In this document: positions 13,691-27,961 of the stretch, one piece after another
Position numbering within the stretch: position 1 is the first letter of the stretch
Layout: the number at the start of each line of letters is the position of its first letter
From: Antedon mediterranea
Taxonomy: Eukaryota; Animalia; Echinodermata
DNA: 64,000 nt
Assembly (NCBI RefSeq): GCF_964355755.1
Contig: NC_092674.1
Location: 10,478,001-10,542,000 of the forward strand
Reading direction: 5' to 3'
Translations under genes and position numbers: made by a program
Notes under the pieces: generated by a model
The model's input: the letters and a program-made list of their open reading frames with translations, nothing else
What the model was told of the DNA's origin: nothing
Database searches by the model: none

Positions 13691-14646
13691 ACTGTCCATA
13701 CAAATTTTTATTTTTCATTTTTATATTTCTTTAAGGCTTTTAATCTATTATTTTTTGCTTTTATACTTAATTCTTTACCACCGTAATACATCTTTGACAA
13801 GAGCACCTATGGGTAAACAACGCGTCTCAAGTGATTTCTCATCTGTCCATTATGATAACTGATTACTACTTTTTCTATATCGATTTCCTTAAACGTAATT
13901 AAATAGCCAGTAGAATTTTAAACAGTGCATAGAAAATTTAGATTAAACATTTTTTTTTATTTTTAATCTTTCTTTAATACATTGGAATACAAAAAAAACC
14001 AGACATAACATCACACATAGTAAAAATACAAAAATTATACATCATCAATTCTCCTATATACTGTAAACACACCCTCTTATAAACTTATGGAAATACAGTT
14101 GTACACGTCAAGTCAGAATATAGAGTGATACAAATCTCTGTTATAGAAGATTATCCCAGGCACTCCACTCTTCCCATTCTTCGGCTCTATTACTAATCAA
14201 ACATCTAAACTTTTTAATTGTAAAGTAATATTTTACAATATTAAACATTTTTTATTGTAAAAAAAAGAATTGCAAAATGTTGCTTAGTGAACATAATTGG
14301 ACATGTCATCCAAATTAATTTTTTTATACATTAATTTTATAAAATAATAAGCCCATGGCGCGCCATTTTGAGGAGTTCCAATAGTAAAATCGTACTCCTG
14401 GTCTGTCTATTTCAGGCAGTATATTTTGTATGTATGCTGTATAAATTATAAACACCATTAGTTAAAACAGCCAGCTCATTCAATAATAATTAATTTTTTT
14501 GACACGTTATAGGAAGTTCAAAATGGGTTTAGTGATGAATAGTGGATAGGAATGGTGTAATATTATTAATGAATATTGATCAAGAATGGCGTGATTTTAA
14601 TGAATATTCATCAGGAATACTGTTACATTTTAGTGTAATGAATCTT

Positions 14647-14827
14647 AAGCTTGGTTCCCACTAGAACGTAACGCAAGGACGTAAACGCAACGCAAGCGTT
14701 TTAACCAATGATAATCGAAGTTATAGACAGTTAGCAATCACAAGCGAATAAGCCATCGCTTCCGATTGGTCAATTCACTTGCGTTGCGTTACGTCCTTGC
14801 GTTGCGTCGCTAGTGGGAACCACGCTT
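14647..14827. mobile_element. Palindromic MITE, PIF/Harbinger-like
   Basis: aagcttggttcccactag-aacgtaacgcaaggacgtaa ... ttacgtccttgcgttgcgtcg-ctagtgggaaccacgctt long TIRs with TTA/TAA-like flanks. Confidence 0.8.
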
Positions 14828-14935
14828 TAGTGAGAAACGTTATAATAATATTATTAATGTAGATGTTGCCCAAACAATTACAATTGTTAATTATAAGGTA
14901 ATTCCTATTATCAATCTACATGAAGCTGATAATAT

Positions 14936-15100
14936 TATTATTATTATTGGTCAGATGTTTTGCACTGCTCTGACGTAATTTGTACTTCATACTAAGTACA
15001 TTTGAGAATACTTGCGAAAAAATGTGCAAGTAATTCTCGGGTGTGACTCGAACCCCAGACCTCCAGTGTAGGGGAAAACATCTGACCAATATAATAATAT
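14936..15100. mobile_element. Small inverted-repeat element enclosing an antisense tRNA-like B box
   Basis: tattggtcagatgtttt ... aaaacatctgaccaata arms; internal minus-strand ggggttcgagtcacaccc. Confidence 0.55.
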
Positions 15101-15997
15101 TAATGCTATGGAATCGCCTGCCATCTCATATTCAAAACTCTAGTACATTATATACATTCAAGTCTAGCTTAAAGACTCTTATTCACCATGTCTTATCCAG
15201 AAAACTTGTTGCGTATTTGTAATGTTTGTAGTATTTAAGATTTGTAACTTTTTTTTCATGTTCTTTGTTGTTAGTAGCGCAGTGAGCGTCTTTTTTTTAG
15301 ACGGATGCTTGCGCTTTACAAATTTCCATTATTAATATTATTATTATTAATTACTCCACAGAGTTTAATACAATTACAAAGTATTATTGTTCTTATATTA
15401 TGATCCTTAAAAAATGTTTTTTATCGGTCATAATAATAATGTTATGACAATCAATCGTTTGTACTACTCTATTATATCATCATATTGAAAGTTTATACAG
15501 AATATATTTAAAAAGATAAAATTCAACACATTACTCCTTTGAATCTATGATTGATGATATTATATTATAATTTTTTTTATATGAATATTTATGATTCTTG
15601 ACAAATTATTTTATAATCAATGTCATAATAATCATATATAGATTTTTGTACTGCAGTACTGCATAATCATTGAAAGAGATACAGAATATGTTTTTAAAAG
15701 ATGAAATATTAAAATTGTACTGCATTGTTATACTGTATAACTTATACTGTAATGTTTATGAACATAAACACATCAAATTGATAGATCAATACAATCTTAG
15801 TGAATATTATAATAAGCCACTTTTAAAAATTAGTTTATTTCAAACATCATATTATCTTGCTTCTTTTATGATATTTAATGTGCTGTACACAAAATGTTTC
15901 ATAACAAAAATAATTGTTTGTCTCTTTCATCATACATGAATTGTATTTAATTTTTTAAATTCTTGAATTTTTATTTAGTGCAGTTTAACCTTCTGTA

Positions 15998-16117
15998 AAG
16001 CTCTGCTTGCACTATCAAACTAGTATGATGTGCCCAAATATGGTAGTGATATGATGTCAATATGTCAATATATGGGCACATCACATTTTTTTGTGTTTGA
16101 TAGTGTAGACAGAGCTT
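15998..16117. mobile_element. Short Harbinger-like MITE; a partial second copy lies at 45641-45760 in an intron of the SAMD3-like gene
   Basis: aagctctgcttgcactatcaaac ... gtttgatagtgtagacagagctt TIRs; shared gggcacatcaca core. Confidence 0.7.
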
Positions 16118-18687
16118 TAGTGTACATCTTCCGGTCTGCAAAAAGTGTCCACTTACACAGGTGTCAACCTATAAGAGTGTCGGCCAATGAGGGTGAGAAT
16201 TTTTAGCGCACCACAATTAAAACACTTACAGAATATTATCCAAAAAAATTGAGTATTCAGTACCTAATATTATGTACTAAGGAAACTTTAGATTTCATGA
16301 TTAAAATCATTTATGTAAATTCTATCATGATCGTTCTATACCTGAAACCGACAGGAAATGAAAGAGTTAGGTCGGAAGATGAAAGGCATTGTGTACTGTA
16401 GCAAAGAATCTACTCACATTCACAATTTCCTCATTATAATAATTACAAAATTCATCTATATTGTTATAACATAGCTAACAATAACAATCTAGAGTTTTTA
16501 TAATATTAATATGAAGTTCCTCTATATATTTAATATTGCTATAATAAGTTTCTATAGCAATATATTGTAATATTTTTATTAACTTTTCATTACAAAATTT
16601 ATTTTTAGAATAAATTTTCTTTAATTAATTCATCAGAGTACATGCAATAGTACAATCAACCTGCTTTCCACTTATGTTAACAATACAATAGTACATTTAT
16701 ATCCATTCAGCACAAAAGGGTGTATAAAAATAATGGAGTACATTATCATAATTTCACCTCCTAGGTATTGGCGGTCAAATAAACTAGGCTGTTGAAATTG
16801 AATGTGATGTTTAATAGCCTAGGATGGTTGTTATTATAAGCCTACGATATCAATGTAAAAATGACGTTACAACCTTTTTTTTTGGTTTTAGTAATATTTT
16901 ATTTTATTATTTTATCAAAGTACCATATTATTTTCGTTCACAAAAGAGAAAAAAAAAAAGTATTATTTTTGTTTATAGATTTTCAAAGGTAAATGAGATT
17001 AAAATTATAATAGTTAAAGTATTTTAATGCAGTTTGCCTATTCATCAAATAACTCAAAAGTTTGGTGGTATCATACATGATTTATATGCTTAAAATAAGC
17101 CTAAAAAAAGTAGTAACAGTATTTTATTTACAAAAAAAAATCCTATTTCTCTTTTGCTTTAGGATTTTTTTGGTCTGTACAAATTAGTATATCAGTATGT
17201 GGTCAGGGCCAAAAATCATTTTTAATAAGTTGACCTTTGAAATATATTACTGATCTGATGACTGAAATCATAAACAGCCTTTAATATTTACAGAAATCGA
17301 TTAATCAATTTGCCTTGTCTCATACATTAAATTAATAAATAATAATTTATTATGAATTTACTAATTATAATATCAAAATGATTATTAGTTATCACTAAAT
17401 AAAAACAATAAATGTCTTTTATTTCAATTGAAAATTGTTAATCAGCAAACTTGAAGAATTAAAAATATTAAATACTGTATTGTAATATAAAAATAATAAA
17501 AAATGTATTAAATTGTCATTTATCAATGTGTTATTTATATTAATATGAATTATAAGTGTCATCAAAAATGTATCTCTAATCTACACGCTGTGAAACTGTT
17601 TCAGTATGCAAATTAGTTATGCATGAACGATTTCTACTTTGCATATTATTTCCCTAAGATTATATAATTTGGATGAGCCTAAAAATAATAAAGACCACTT
17701 ATTATAAATGTTCTCATCTATTTAAAAATAATAATATATTATCATATTCACAATCCTTTTCGTAGGCAGCACAAATCTAAATATTATTTCTGTACTTTCT
17801 GACGTCAACATATGTTTTATTAATATGATTTACTCAATTCTCTAATAAAACTATTACTACAAGCATTTAGTACATGTGTTGAGCATGTTAAAAAATGACT
17901 AAAAATATTTTCAAGATTTATGGGTATTTTGATAATGGATTTGACATTTCATCAAGGATGTAGATATAAAATGTTTGGGATAGATAATGGCTGTAAATTT
18001 AAAGGGGAGAATAGCAATTACTCAAACAGCACTCAATTACTGTATATTAGGATTTTTTGAAAGGGATGCTATACACAAATAAATGAGGTTTTAAAAAAGT
18101 CTTGAAATGACTATTTCACCATTTCTCTTTATGGGAAAATAAACTAAAAAGTTATTTTTATTAAATGAATTTGGTACAGGCTGGCATGATATTTGTAAAT
18201 CAGTGCTGTAGTTGATGAAGATGTAGCAGTATGAGAACATCATACCTAGTGTTTTTGGTAGATTTTGATTTTCTTTTAAAATTGACCGTAATTCTCAAAC
18301 CACAGTTATACACAAAGCAGTTTCAGAGTGCAACACAGATCATTTAACAGTTATTAATAACAAACACACCTAAATGTATCTTTGCCAATTGATTGGTTAA
18401 TTTGGAATCACATGCCGTGTATTAGTTTCTTTTATTTTAAGATTGAAGGTACTATTGCATTGTCAGATTGTCAGATTGTTATGTAGGCCTGAATATTAAT
18501 CGGCGTTCAAAATCTAAGTCGAAGTAAAAACATTGTCAAGTGAGTCTATTGAACAGCAAGCAAAAAATGATGACAAATATAAACTATATCACACTTAGCA
18601 TAGGGGACCATATTTCTTATTATTCATGTGGGAGTAATGTATTTACAAGTGTAACCAAAGAAAAAATCAATATATGAATATACTCAC

Positions 18688-20021
18688 CATTCGGGCAGGC
18701 TTCTTTGGGGCGAGCGGTTCTGAAATATCTTCAGACGGCGAGGGAGGGCTCCATTGCGTTGTACCAGTTGGTATATGCCAATAGTATGTTCCTTCAGAAT
18801 CAGAGCACTGTTCCCAGCCAGGTGGCAACGATGTTGGCCGTCTTGAACTCCGACCTCTTGGTATGCGGGGCTGTGGCTCTTCTAGACTTGTATACCGATG
18901 TAAACCTTGAACTAAATCGAGCTCAACAGAGGGCGATAAAGCATTTTCCTCGACTGAACTAAGCGCAGGTCTTCCGCCCTCAACGCTACTTTGTCTCATT
19001 GGCGAGTATTTATCATCAATTGACGTTTCACTTGAATAGCCATGATCGCGGCCATTACTTCCGGGTGAGAGTAAATCTTTTGTGCTGTGACCTTCCTGTT
19101 CTGATCGCAGACCAAAACTTTTATATAACATGGCGTACGTTGATTCTGTATCGCTCGATTCATCCATGGTGGATGGTCCCGAGCCAAACGACGTTGTTTG
19201 AGTCATAAGTTCATACAGACCTTCATTAACCGTATCAATTTCTACATCCGAATCATCACTAGTGCTTTCGTCTGAATCCTCATTGCGTATAATATTATGA
19301 TTCGCTTCAGCAACAATCTGCGATTCTAAAGCAGCGTAATAATCCATGAAATTTGTGATTTTTGACCCTGAAAATTTTTCTTCTGGTGATATAACATCTG
19401 CATCTGGGTCTTTGCCATAGTAACGGTCAGATTCTTGCGCCTCATCCTCGCTTGCTGGTCCAATATCATCATCTTCATCATCATCATCCTCAATTACATT
19501 TCTTGCCTCTTCAGCCAACATTTTCGCTTTCTTTTTCGGGTTTTCCGGTTCATCATCCTTCTTAATTTCACAATCAATTTCATCGTCCTCCTCATCATCC
19601 TCTTCTTCGTCCTCATCGTCATCTTCTTCCTCGTCATCATCCTCTCCATCATCTATAAATTCTATATCAGCAAACATAGCTTCTGCTTTAATCTTATTTT
19701 GTTCCCGAATGATATTATCGTCCGCAACAGTTAACCTTTTTGGGCCTTCCTCCTCGCTATCGCTCACGTTATTAGCGTCAACCTTAACTAGTCCATTGTT
19801 TTTAAAAGGTTTACGCACATTTCCAGAGTTTGAAATGTTTTTTTGACCAGCTATATCCATAAGTCGAGATTTTTGGTCAATATTTAAATTAGTAAACTGT
19901 TCATCAAAGTCTTGGTAACGTGAATGTTCTGGCGTGCCGTTGGCGTTTATAGAGTCTGAAGGAGACATGTTGTTTGCATTGTAAGATGGATTGACTAATG
20001 ATCCTGATTCAAGATTGCCAC
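18688..20021 (-). CDS. APBB: APBB/Fe65 large exon: acidic low-complexity region plus WW domain
   Basis: ORF 18667..20034. [29 protein letters not shown] matches the Fe65 WW signature ([14 protein letters not shown]). Acceptor ttcttaacag and donor ATG|gtgagt; 1334 nt, phase 1 to 0. Confidence 0.93.
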
Positions 20022-20777
20022 CTGTTAAGAACAAATAATAAATAAAATTTTAACAAATCAACGTAAAATAGAGTGATGAATGAAATACAGTATGTTTTAA
20101 AAACTTATTTTAGCCTTCATTTTTAAGTTTTATTATGTTACTCTTACACCCTGTTGTTGAAAAAACAACAAACAAATAGATAAGGATAACATTTAATAAA
20201 TGAATAAATATTTGTTAAGCACACATCTACATAGCTCTCAAGGCGCTTGTGGAAAACCAAAGGGAATCAATATATTTCGTAAACTACCAAACTACCTAGA
20301 CAAAAATATAGTCCAGTTTTTCTATCGCATAAACTCACACAACAAACACCAAGACTATAGCCAGGATTTTCACAGGGGCAATAAAAGTGCAAGTGAAGAA
20401 AAGATAGATTTATGCCTAGCCAGTAGATAACTGCTGGTCTTTAGTTTGAAAAGGGCACTTTCGAACCCTATTAACCTCCATGGCTCCGGACTTGAACACA
20501 GAGGAGATACGATTTTGATCCAACTTGCAGAAGGATAAAACAGATTTGAATCACAGTAAACTTTACCCAACAGAACAAAATTAAATATTCTAAACTTTAA
20601 AATGACATTAACATTCATTTACAACTTTCACAATGCAAAGGGAACTCATGAGGTTTCGTTTACATTACATGTAATAAGCTCCGTTTATTGAGCATGTCCG
20701 CGAGATGAGAGTGTCAAATGACACAAATACTCGATCACGAAGGAGCAATAAATGTCATATTTTGTTTATAATCTAAG

Positions 20778-23700
20778 ACATCTAATACGTTCATCTATAA
20801 ACATTATGCATATATTCATGTAATGCTTCAAATCATACCGTGGAGAGTAATAGATATTATAGCCAGTGCAGTATATTGAACTGCTCATAATACAAGATTA
20901 AAAACTGAGTAAATTTATAATACTCTATGAATATAATTAAGTATTTTAATTTTATTAATATGACATTTTTCTTATGTGATAATATTTTTATTTAATGTTT
21001 ATTGAACTAATTACCATGAATATATATATTAAATATCTTATTTGTGTTTAATAAAAGGTCCTAATGATAATTTTTTAGGTCTATCAATCATGAAGTCACA
21101 GACCGTCTTATTATTAAGTTAAAGATGTATTGCCCTCCAAAAACAATTTTTAAAAAGACCTTGAATAGGCCATTTGAAATTTTTATTATTCACTTCCGTA
21201 GAAATAGACATTTACAAACATTTAATTCAACCAAAAACCCATAATCCCCCAACTTGACTATTTTTTGGTTTACATTTCCGATTTTTCAGGTAAATTTTGT
21301 TTTTTACCCTATCAAATTTGTGGTCATTAAATAGCATATTCAAGAACAAAATTATTTTAAAAAATATTTTTTTCGAGACTTTTATTTTATATTCAATATT
21401 TTATAACTAATTTTGCTCATATAATAAAACAAAATTATATTTAATCATATACTAAATCTCTTATATAAACACAATAAAAAAAATGTTTTTCAGTCATATT
21501 ACTAAATCACTATTAACAAGAAATATAAGATAAACATTTGTTTAGATATTAATGGAACAAAAGCTTAAAAGAATTACTGAAAATAAATGTGGTATAGAGT
21601 TACATCAGATAGTGCATATTCTGTGTAAATTGATATGCATACAAAATATAATCAAATTATATAAAACTAAAAACTAATTTTTATAAAGACAACAACCAAA
21701 AAAATGAATTAGGTATATTTACAATTCAGAGTTCCAATTCAATGTTCCCAGAGCTCATTGTCAATTTATCAATTACCTATTCTTCATAAAATAATAAATC
21801 AATATTTGTATGTACTAATAAATTTTTTAGCATAAACAGCAGCCATATTGGATATGTTCATTGCTAAATCGTGTCACTTTCCCAATACCTAGTTCTCCCT
21901 CTATTTTTTATATAAACTCTTTGCTTGATACAGATTTTAAATAATTTAATTTGTAAATAAAAATATATAAATACATACACTGTATAAATATTATAGTTCA
22001 ATTAATTATTTTACCCAAAAAAATAATTCTATCATCAGGATTGATGATGACCGAATAAGTTGAAATTCTTTCTTGGAGTATTATGCAATACACCCTCCTT
22101 AATATGACCTTAAAATAAAACTCCCACACAAGTTCTTAATTAATTTTCTTGAAAAACGTCAGTATTTTCCCATGACTAACTTCTATCAAATGACGCTAAA
22201 ACACTTGACTCACGTAAGTGAATAAATTACACTTAAGAAAGTTAAGGAAACTCTTAAAATTGTGAGGGAGAGAAGGGATATGCGCTAGGCTGCCTACACA
22301 ATTACAACATGATTTTATGATATAAAAATTTGGTATATACTGTAGTACAGTATGCTTGGCTAATTTCAATAATATTTATTTTTTTTTGGTCACCAATGAA
22401 TAATAACAAATTTTAATCCATATTACAGCAAGTACAGTATTTATATAAACATATAAATATGAACTAAAACTCGATAAAACATACACTTATATTGAATAAT
22501 CAGCAACACAGGTAAAACCAATACATTTAAAACAGATTTTTAACATACATTTTTTTAAATCTAAAAGTGAATAGCTATTATGTGACATTTAAAAATGGCA
22601 TATTCAACAACTAACATTTTGTACAAATATTTTTTCTGGATGACAGTTATCTAAATATTAAAATTATTACTTTTTTGTTTTCAAATAATACAAAATGCAA
22701 AAACTTACATTTTATACAACAATTTTTTCTGGGTGACAATTTTCTAAATATTTAAATTATGACTTTTTTGTTTTCATAATACAAAATGATGAAATATGTT
22801 GCATGGATTCAATATATTCATCCAGTAAATACACTCATTAACATATTCCTCGTTATCTACAGATGACGTGAACTCCACAGGTAGTAATCTAAACTGAAAA
22901 ATTATTTTTGTTTTCAAATAATACAAAATGCTAAAACTTACATTTTATACAACAATTTTTTCTGGGTGACAATTTTCTAAATATTTAAATTATGACTTTT
23001 TGTTTTCATATAATACAAAATGATGAAATATGTTGCATGGATTCAATATATTCATCCAGTAAATACACTCATTAACATATTCCTCGTTATCTACAGATGA
23101 CGTGAACTCCACAGGTAGTAATCTAAACTGAAGATGATAATAACCAGGTATATAATTTAATTTTGCATAATACAGTTTTGCTGTGGTTCAATCTATGATG
23201 CTTTGCCATTAGCGATTTATTCAATACATAATATATGCAGCCTCGATACTACTGCATACAAGATACTGATTTAAATGGCAAATTCCGGTGTAGATTTAAT
23301 CAACCCAATAAGTGATATTCATTAAACATTTTTTTTATTTGGTTACTATGTGCTCTCGCAGGTAATAAATTGACATTCACGTTACAGCTAGAAATATATA
23401 ATAGTTATTTTTGTAACTTAATAATAATAATGCAAATTAAACTTGTTTTGCTACAGTTATTTTATGTCATTACAATACATATCTATATAATTGTTATTCT
23501 GGCAAGATTTAAATAGATTTTTTTGTGCCACCATGCCAATATTACCACATGAAGAACAAGCCCACACAAAGAATTCATGAAATAAGCAAAGTATTACTCG
23601 ATCATGATATTTATTTAGTAAAAACTCTCCGGTGATAATAAAAAAAAATGCAGTATGATAGGACACAGCTGACAAACTGTGAGAATGCAAAACATACTGT

Positions 23701-24300
23701 ATATAACAAAATGCCATGATTTCATCACAGCAAGATAACAATTTTGACATTTAATTTCTCTCTAAATAAGGTATTAATTTAAATACCACGATTTTAATTA
23801 GAGACCAAACCTACATCTAAAGACCATTAAATTTTGGGTCCCAAAATCTAAGGCATCTAATACGTTCATCTACAAACATTATGCATATATTCATGTAATG
23901 CTTCAAATCATACCGTGGAGAGTAATAGATATTATAGCCAGTGCAGTATATTGAACTGCTCATAATATAAGATTAAAAACTGAGTATATTTATAATACTC
24001 TATGAATAAATAACATAATTATGTATTTTAATTTTATCAATATGACATTTTACTTATGTGATAATATTTTTATTTAATGTTTATTAGTTACTAATTACGA
24101 TGAATATATTTAAATATCTTATATGCGTTTAACAAGAGGGCCCTCAATCATAAAGTCACCGACTATTGTTAATTTAAAGATGTATTGCCCTCCAAAAACA
24201 ATTTTAAAAAGACCTTGAATAGGACATTTAGCAGTTTTAAATTATTAACTTCCATAGGAAAAGACAAAACAAACATTAAATTCAACAAAATACCCATTTG
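20778..24300 (+). repeat. Direct duplication of about 450 bp (20778-21240 and 23854-24300)
   Basis: Both copies start catctaatacgttcatcta..aacattatgcatatattcatg and include the ttaaagatgtattgccctcc MITE end. Confidence 0.9.
22661..23132 (+). repeat. Tandem duplication of about 235 bp
   Basis: Two near-identical copies, each ending ggtagtaatctaaactgaa. Confidence 0.9.
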
Positions 24301-26029
24301 TCTTTAATTAAAGAGAGAGACCTGTACTGTATACCTTTTTATCTTCCACACCATTAAAGCTTCCCTCGGTGAACCAAAATACGAAAAGCACTGCTTATTC
24401 AACAGCATGCTTTACTGCAAATGTCATGGCTTATTTTACAATATTGATATGCTGCTACAAAGTATAGTTACAACATGGATAAATGGATAATAATTAAGCT
24501 TCGATGATCATATTAGCTTTTTGCAAAATGGAGATATTTACAACTAATACATATATATCTACCGTATCTATTGTGTTAGAGAGTTCAAGAATACTCGAGT
24601 AGAATAATTATGATTTTTATCTACTGTAGTATGAGTTTGTTATTAGCTTTAATGCAAGGTAATTATTACATGTATCAACATTATAAGTAGGAAATATTTC
24701 ATATGTTGCCAACTGTTTTTTAATTGAATGTCAACATTTAAATGGAATGGTTTATAATATATCTTAAAATTGTGTTGTTTGATATAAAATATAATGTGAT
24801 AAAAACAGTCATTAGATAAACTCGGTAAAATTTATTTTATAATTATATTTTTCAGTTTTGTTTCTAAAATTCTACTTATACCAACTAGCTGCTGATAGGT
24901 GATAGGGATGATGATAATGATGATGATGAGGACAACAACAACTTTTATCAATAAAATGTCAAAATGAAGAAAAAAAATGTAAAATATTATTAAATATAAA
25001 TGTGTATTTTATGAACAGAACAATTAATCTCAGATCTTAAAATATTCCAATGCATTAATATAATTCATGTACATGTTGTATAGATGAACAAAGTATATAT
25101 AAATATTTCATTAATAAAAGGGCCTATTTTTAGTTTAAAATCCTTAATGTCGCAATAAATACGTGCGATATCAGTATAAAATGCGCAAAATTCCATACAA
25201 AATATATTTAGACATTAAATAGAAATAGATAAAATGAATTCAAAAAAAAAAAAATTTTTTTTATAGGAAGTTAAAATGACCCATAGTCATATCAATAGTA
25301 GTTGCTGAATATCTGTACTTTCACTGTACGATAACTCTTGCATACATACAGTACCTGTACCTCAATGCATAGATATCTAGATAATTCGCTTAATGAACAT
25401 TATATTAATTCAATTCGTAGAATTCAACAAAAATCAATTTTCCCATACGTTATATTCTAATAAAAGGTCCAAAAATTATGCAAACACATTTGATGTGAAC
25501 TGTACAAAAATATAGCACAGCAAATAATTTGAAGTCTGTTGTGGTTTAATATTTATCTGCGAATAAAAGTTAATTACACACTGAACGCAGTATGTGGATA
25601 GAATATTAAAACATTTTTATGATGATAGGTATATGAAAACAAGAATGTTTGATACTGTACAAACCCACCATGGACGTAAAATAGGAGTCTTTACTATTGA
25701 TGGTTATTTTTAACCTGAATGTGTGACATGCAAAAATGGCCTAGACTTTCCAACCGCATTTAGAAATAGTTCCAAGAACATTCTTCTCTGTTCAGGGTAA
25801 TTAAAATGTGTCCCATTGTGTATATCGGCCCCATGCGGATGTATTCAATACAGTACACCCCTTTTTGACTGCCTTCCAAACCATACCAACCCATACCAAC
25901 TTGCTGGATCTGTCCCTTATGTTCATACCAACACAATTAAGTGTAAAACTCTCTCCTGATCAAACCCCCTCTCCCTTAATCAAATTAAACCATCATCCCC
26001 TCCATCAACACAATGAAAGAACTTCATTG

Positions 26030-26285
26030 CATGTTGTATGTTGTTCGATTTATATAGCGCTTATACAATCAAAAGATTGTCCCAAAGCGCTGAGAGAGAA
26101 AACAGATAGAAATAACAAAGAAAAAAGATGGGTTTTTAAGAGTGTTTTGAAAACTATGATAGAAGATGCATTTTTAATAGGATCAGAAAGATTGTTCTAC
26201 AGTTTAGGAGCTGGAACTGCAAAAGCTCGATCACCATAGGTCTTAAGGCGGCTGGGTGGAACAAAAAGTGCAGATGGATTAGTGG
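26030..26285 (-). mobile_element. L2-type LINE 3' end fragment
   Basis: Minus strand reads ..FVPPSRLKTYGDRAFAVPAPKL*NNL..FKTLLKTHLF, followed by an agcgct..agcgctatataaat stem-loop tail. Confidence 0.75.
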
Positions 26286-26344
26286 TCGACTCTTTTGCAA
26301 ACTTAAGATCTATCACTGTATTTTTTTTATTATCAGGAGACCAG

Positions 26345-26880
26345 GGGCGGATTGCTATAAAACAGTCTTAACTAATGGTCTTAACTCCCCGATTAAAGCC
26401 GGCTTTATCTGATAGACGGTCTTACTAAAGCCACCCCTGTTAGACCATTGCTATAAAACAGTCTTAGATAAGACCGCGTAAAGTAACAAATTGAGGGCGT
26501 ACTTTGCGCGTAGAATACCAAATAAGGTAATGTTCGTCACGCTTGTTCAATTCACAATCATAACAACAGTACGTACATTTCTACGCAAGAAAATCTATTC
26601 TAGGGCTATATAAGAATAAAATCACCGTTATTATTTGATTTAACACTTAAAACTCGACGTTCTATTGGTTGTCTTTGACGATAAATAATACGTAAAAGCA
26701 ACAAAAAGAGAGGTTTAAGACTGTTTTAAGACTCCTTCGAGTAGGCTTTAATTTTAAAGACCGTTTACAGGTTAGACCGCGGTATAGCAATGGTCTATAA
26801 TGTTAGACTACTTGCTACGTCACGAATTATAGCCGGCTAAGCGCTAAGACCGGTTATAGGCCGCTTATAGCAATCCGCCC
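26345..26880. mobile_element. Intact MITE with perfect 16-bp TIRs and 3-bp TSD (PIF/Harbinger-like)
   Basis: CAG|gggcggattgctataa ... ttatagcaatccgccc|CAG. Confidence 0.9.
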
Positions 26881-27906
26881 CAGGTTAAAACTTCATGACC
26901 AGATAAATATTTATGTTTTAAATGATTCGGTAAATTTGTACCAATACAGATAGTATGGCTTTAGAGTACTAATATGCAACACTGGTGAATTCATCAAGAA
27001 AATGTGGGTCAACTCTACATACAATTATGAACTGAAAAATACTAATGCTTTTAATTGACTTCTGCGTATACTATACTGTTATGTTATGTTATGTTATGGG
27101 GGATAGTTTATTACCATTAGTTAAGGTCTAATGTAAAGCACCTAGAGGGGTCAGTGATCCATTAGGTGCTATATAAATACTGTTTATTATTATTATTATT
27201 TTTAATATACAATTATTTACATATTAAAACTGTCTAGTTATTACTGTGAACAATAACAATGGGAAAATTTTTAATGAAATGGTATATATATTTGTAATTA
27301 CATGTTTTTGCTAAAAATTTTCTAATTAAAAAAATAGTTGAAAAGGCAGATAATTTGAAATCATTATTGTATACAGTACCTATGAACATGAGAATGTTAT
27401 TATAATTACTTTATGTTAAAACTAAATTACATAAAAGTAATTAAATAAACAATTAAATTAAATTTAATGAAAAATAAATTAAAAATATGACAATAAAATA
27501 ATATTACATTATAATTTCAACAACATTACTTACAATACAAATATTATATTAACTTAATTCTAAAAGCAATGCCAAAATAATAGAGTAAAAACGAGAGATC
27601 TGATTCACCAGAGACTCAACTGAAGTATCAGATTTAATTATTTTTATCGATAAACACAAGCCTACAGAAAGCTGCTCAGTAGGGATGCGTCCCGTGTAAA
27701 TACCACATACAAAAAAATAGCTTAGAAAACAGTTACACAAACTGATAAATAAATACTCACGGAAACTTGATATAAAATTCAAACAAATCCTGCTGTTTGC
27801 AAGCTAAGATTCTATCTCATAAATTCAGACTGATATTGACTTGATTTTTATCTCGCCATAGTCTAAAAAAAGACAAAATCATGGAAGAAAATTTGGTAGA
27901 ACTTAC

Positions 27907-27961
27907 GTAATTGTGAATTTTCGTGATCTGTTTTCACAGCCAGCCTCATTGTGGTGGCCAT
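27907..27961 (-). CDS. APBB: APBB/Fe65 family adaptor, first coding exon (MATTMRLAVKTDHENSQL+1 nt); whole exon 27907-28056 includes 5'UTR
   Basis: Acceptor ttcgcatag at 28057, ATG at 27961, GTAAGT donor. Its phase-1 end joins in frame to the phase-1 acceptor at 20021. Confidence 0.65.

Noticed and set aside
20421-20481. gccATGG-initiated short frame (MEVNRVRKCPF...) as an alternative APBB first exon
   Set aside because: It would need a non-consensus GC donor (gctagg) and has no other support in the sequence.
22041-22070. ttgatgatgaccgaataagttgaaa hammerhead-like string
   Set aside because: The core and stems are too degenerate to call.
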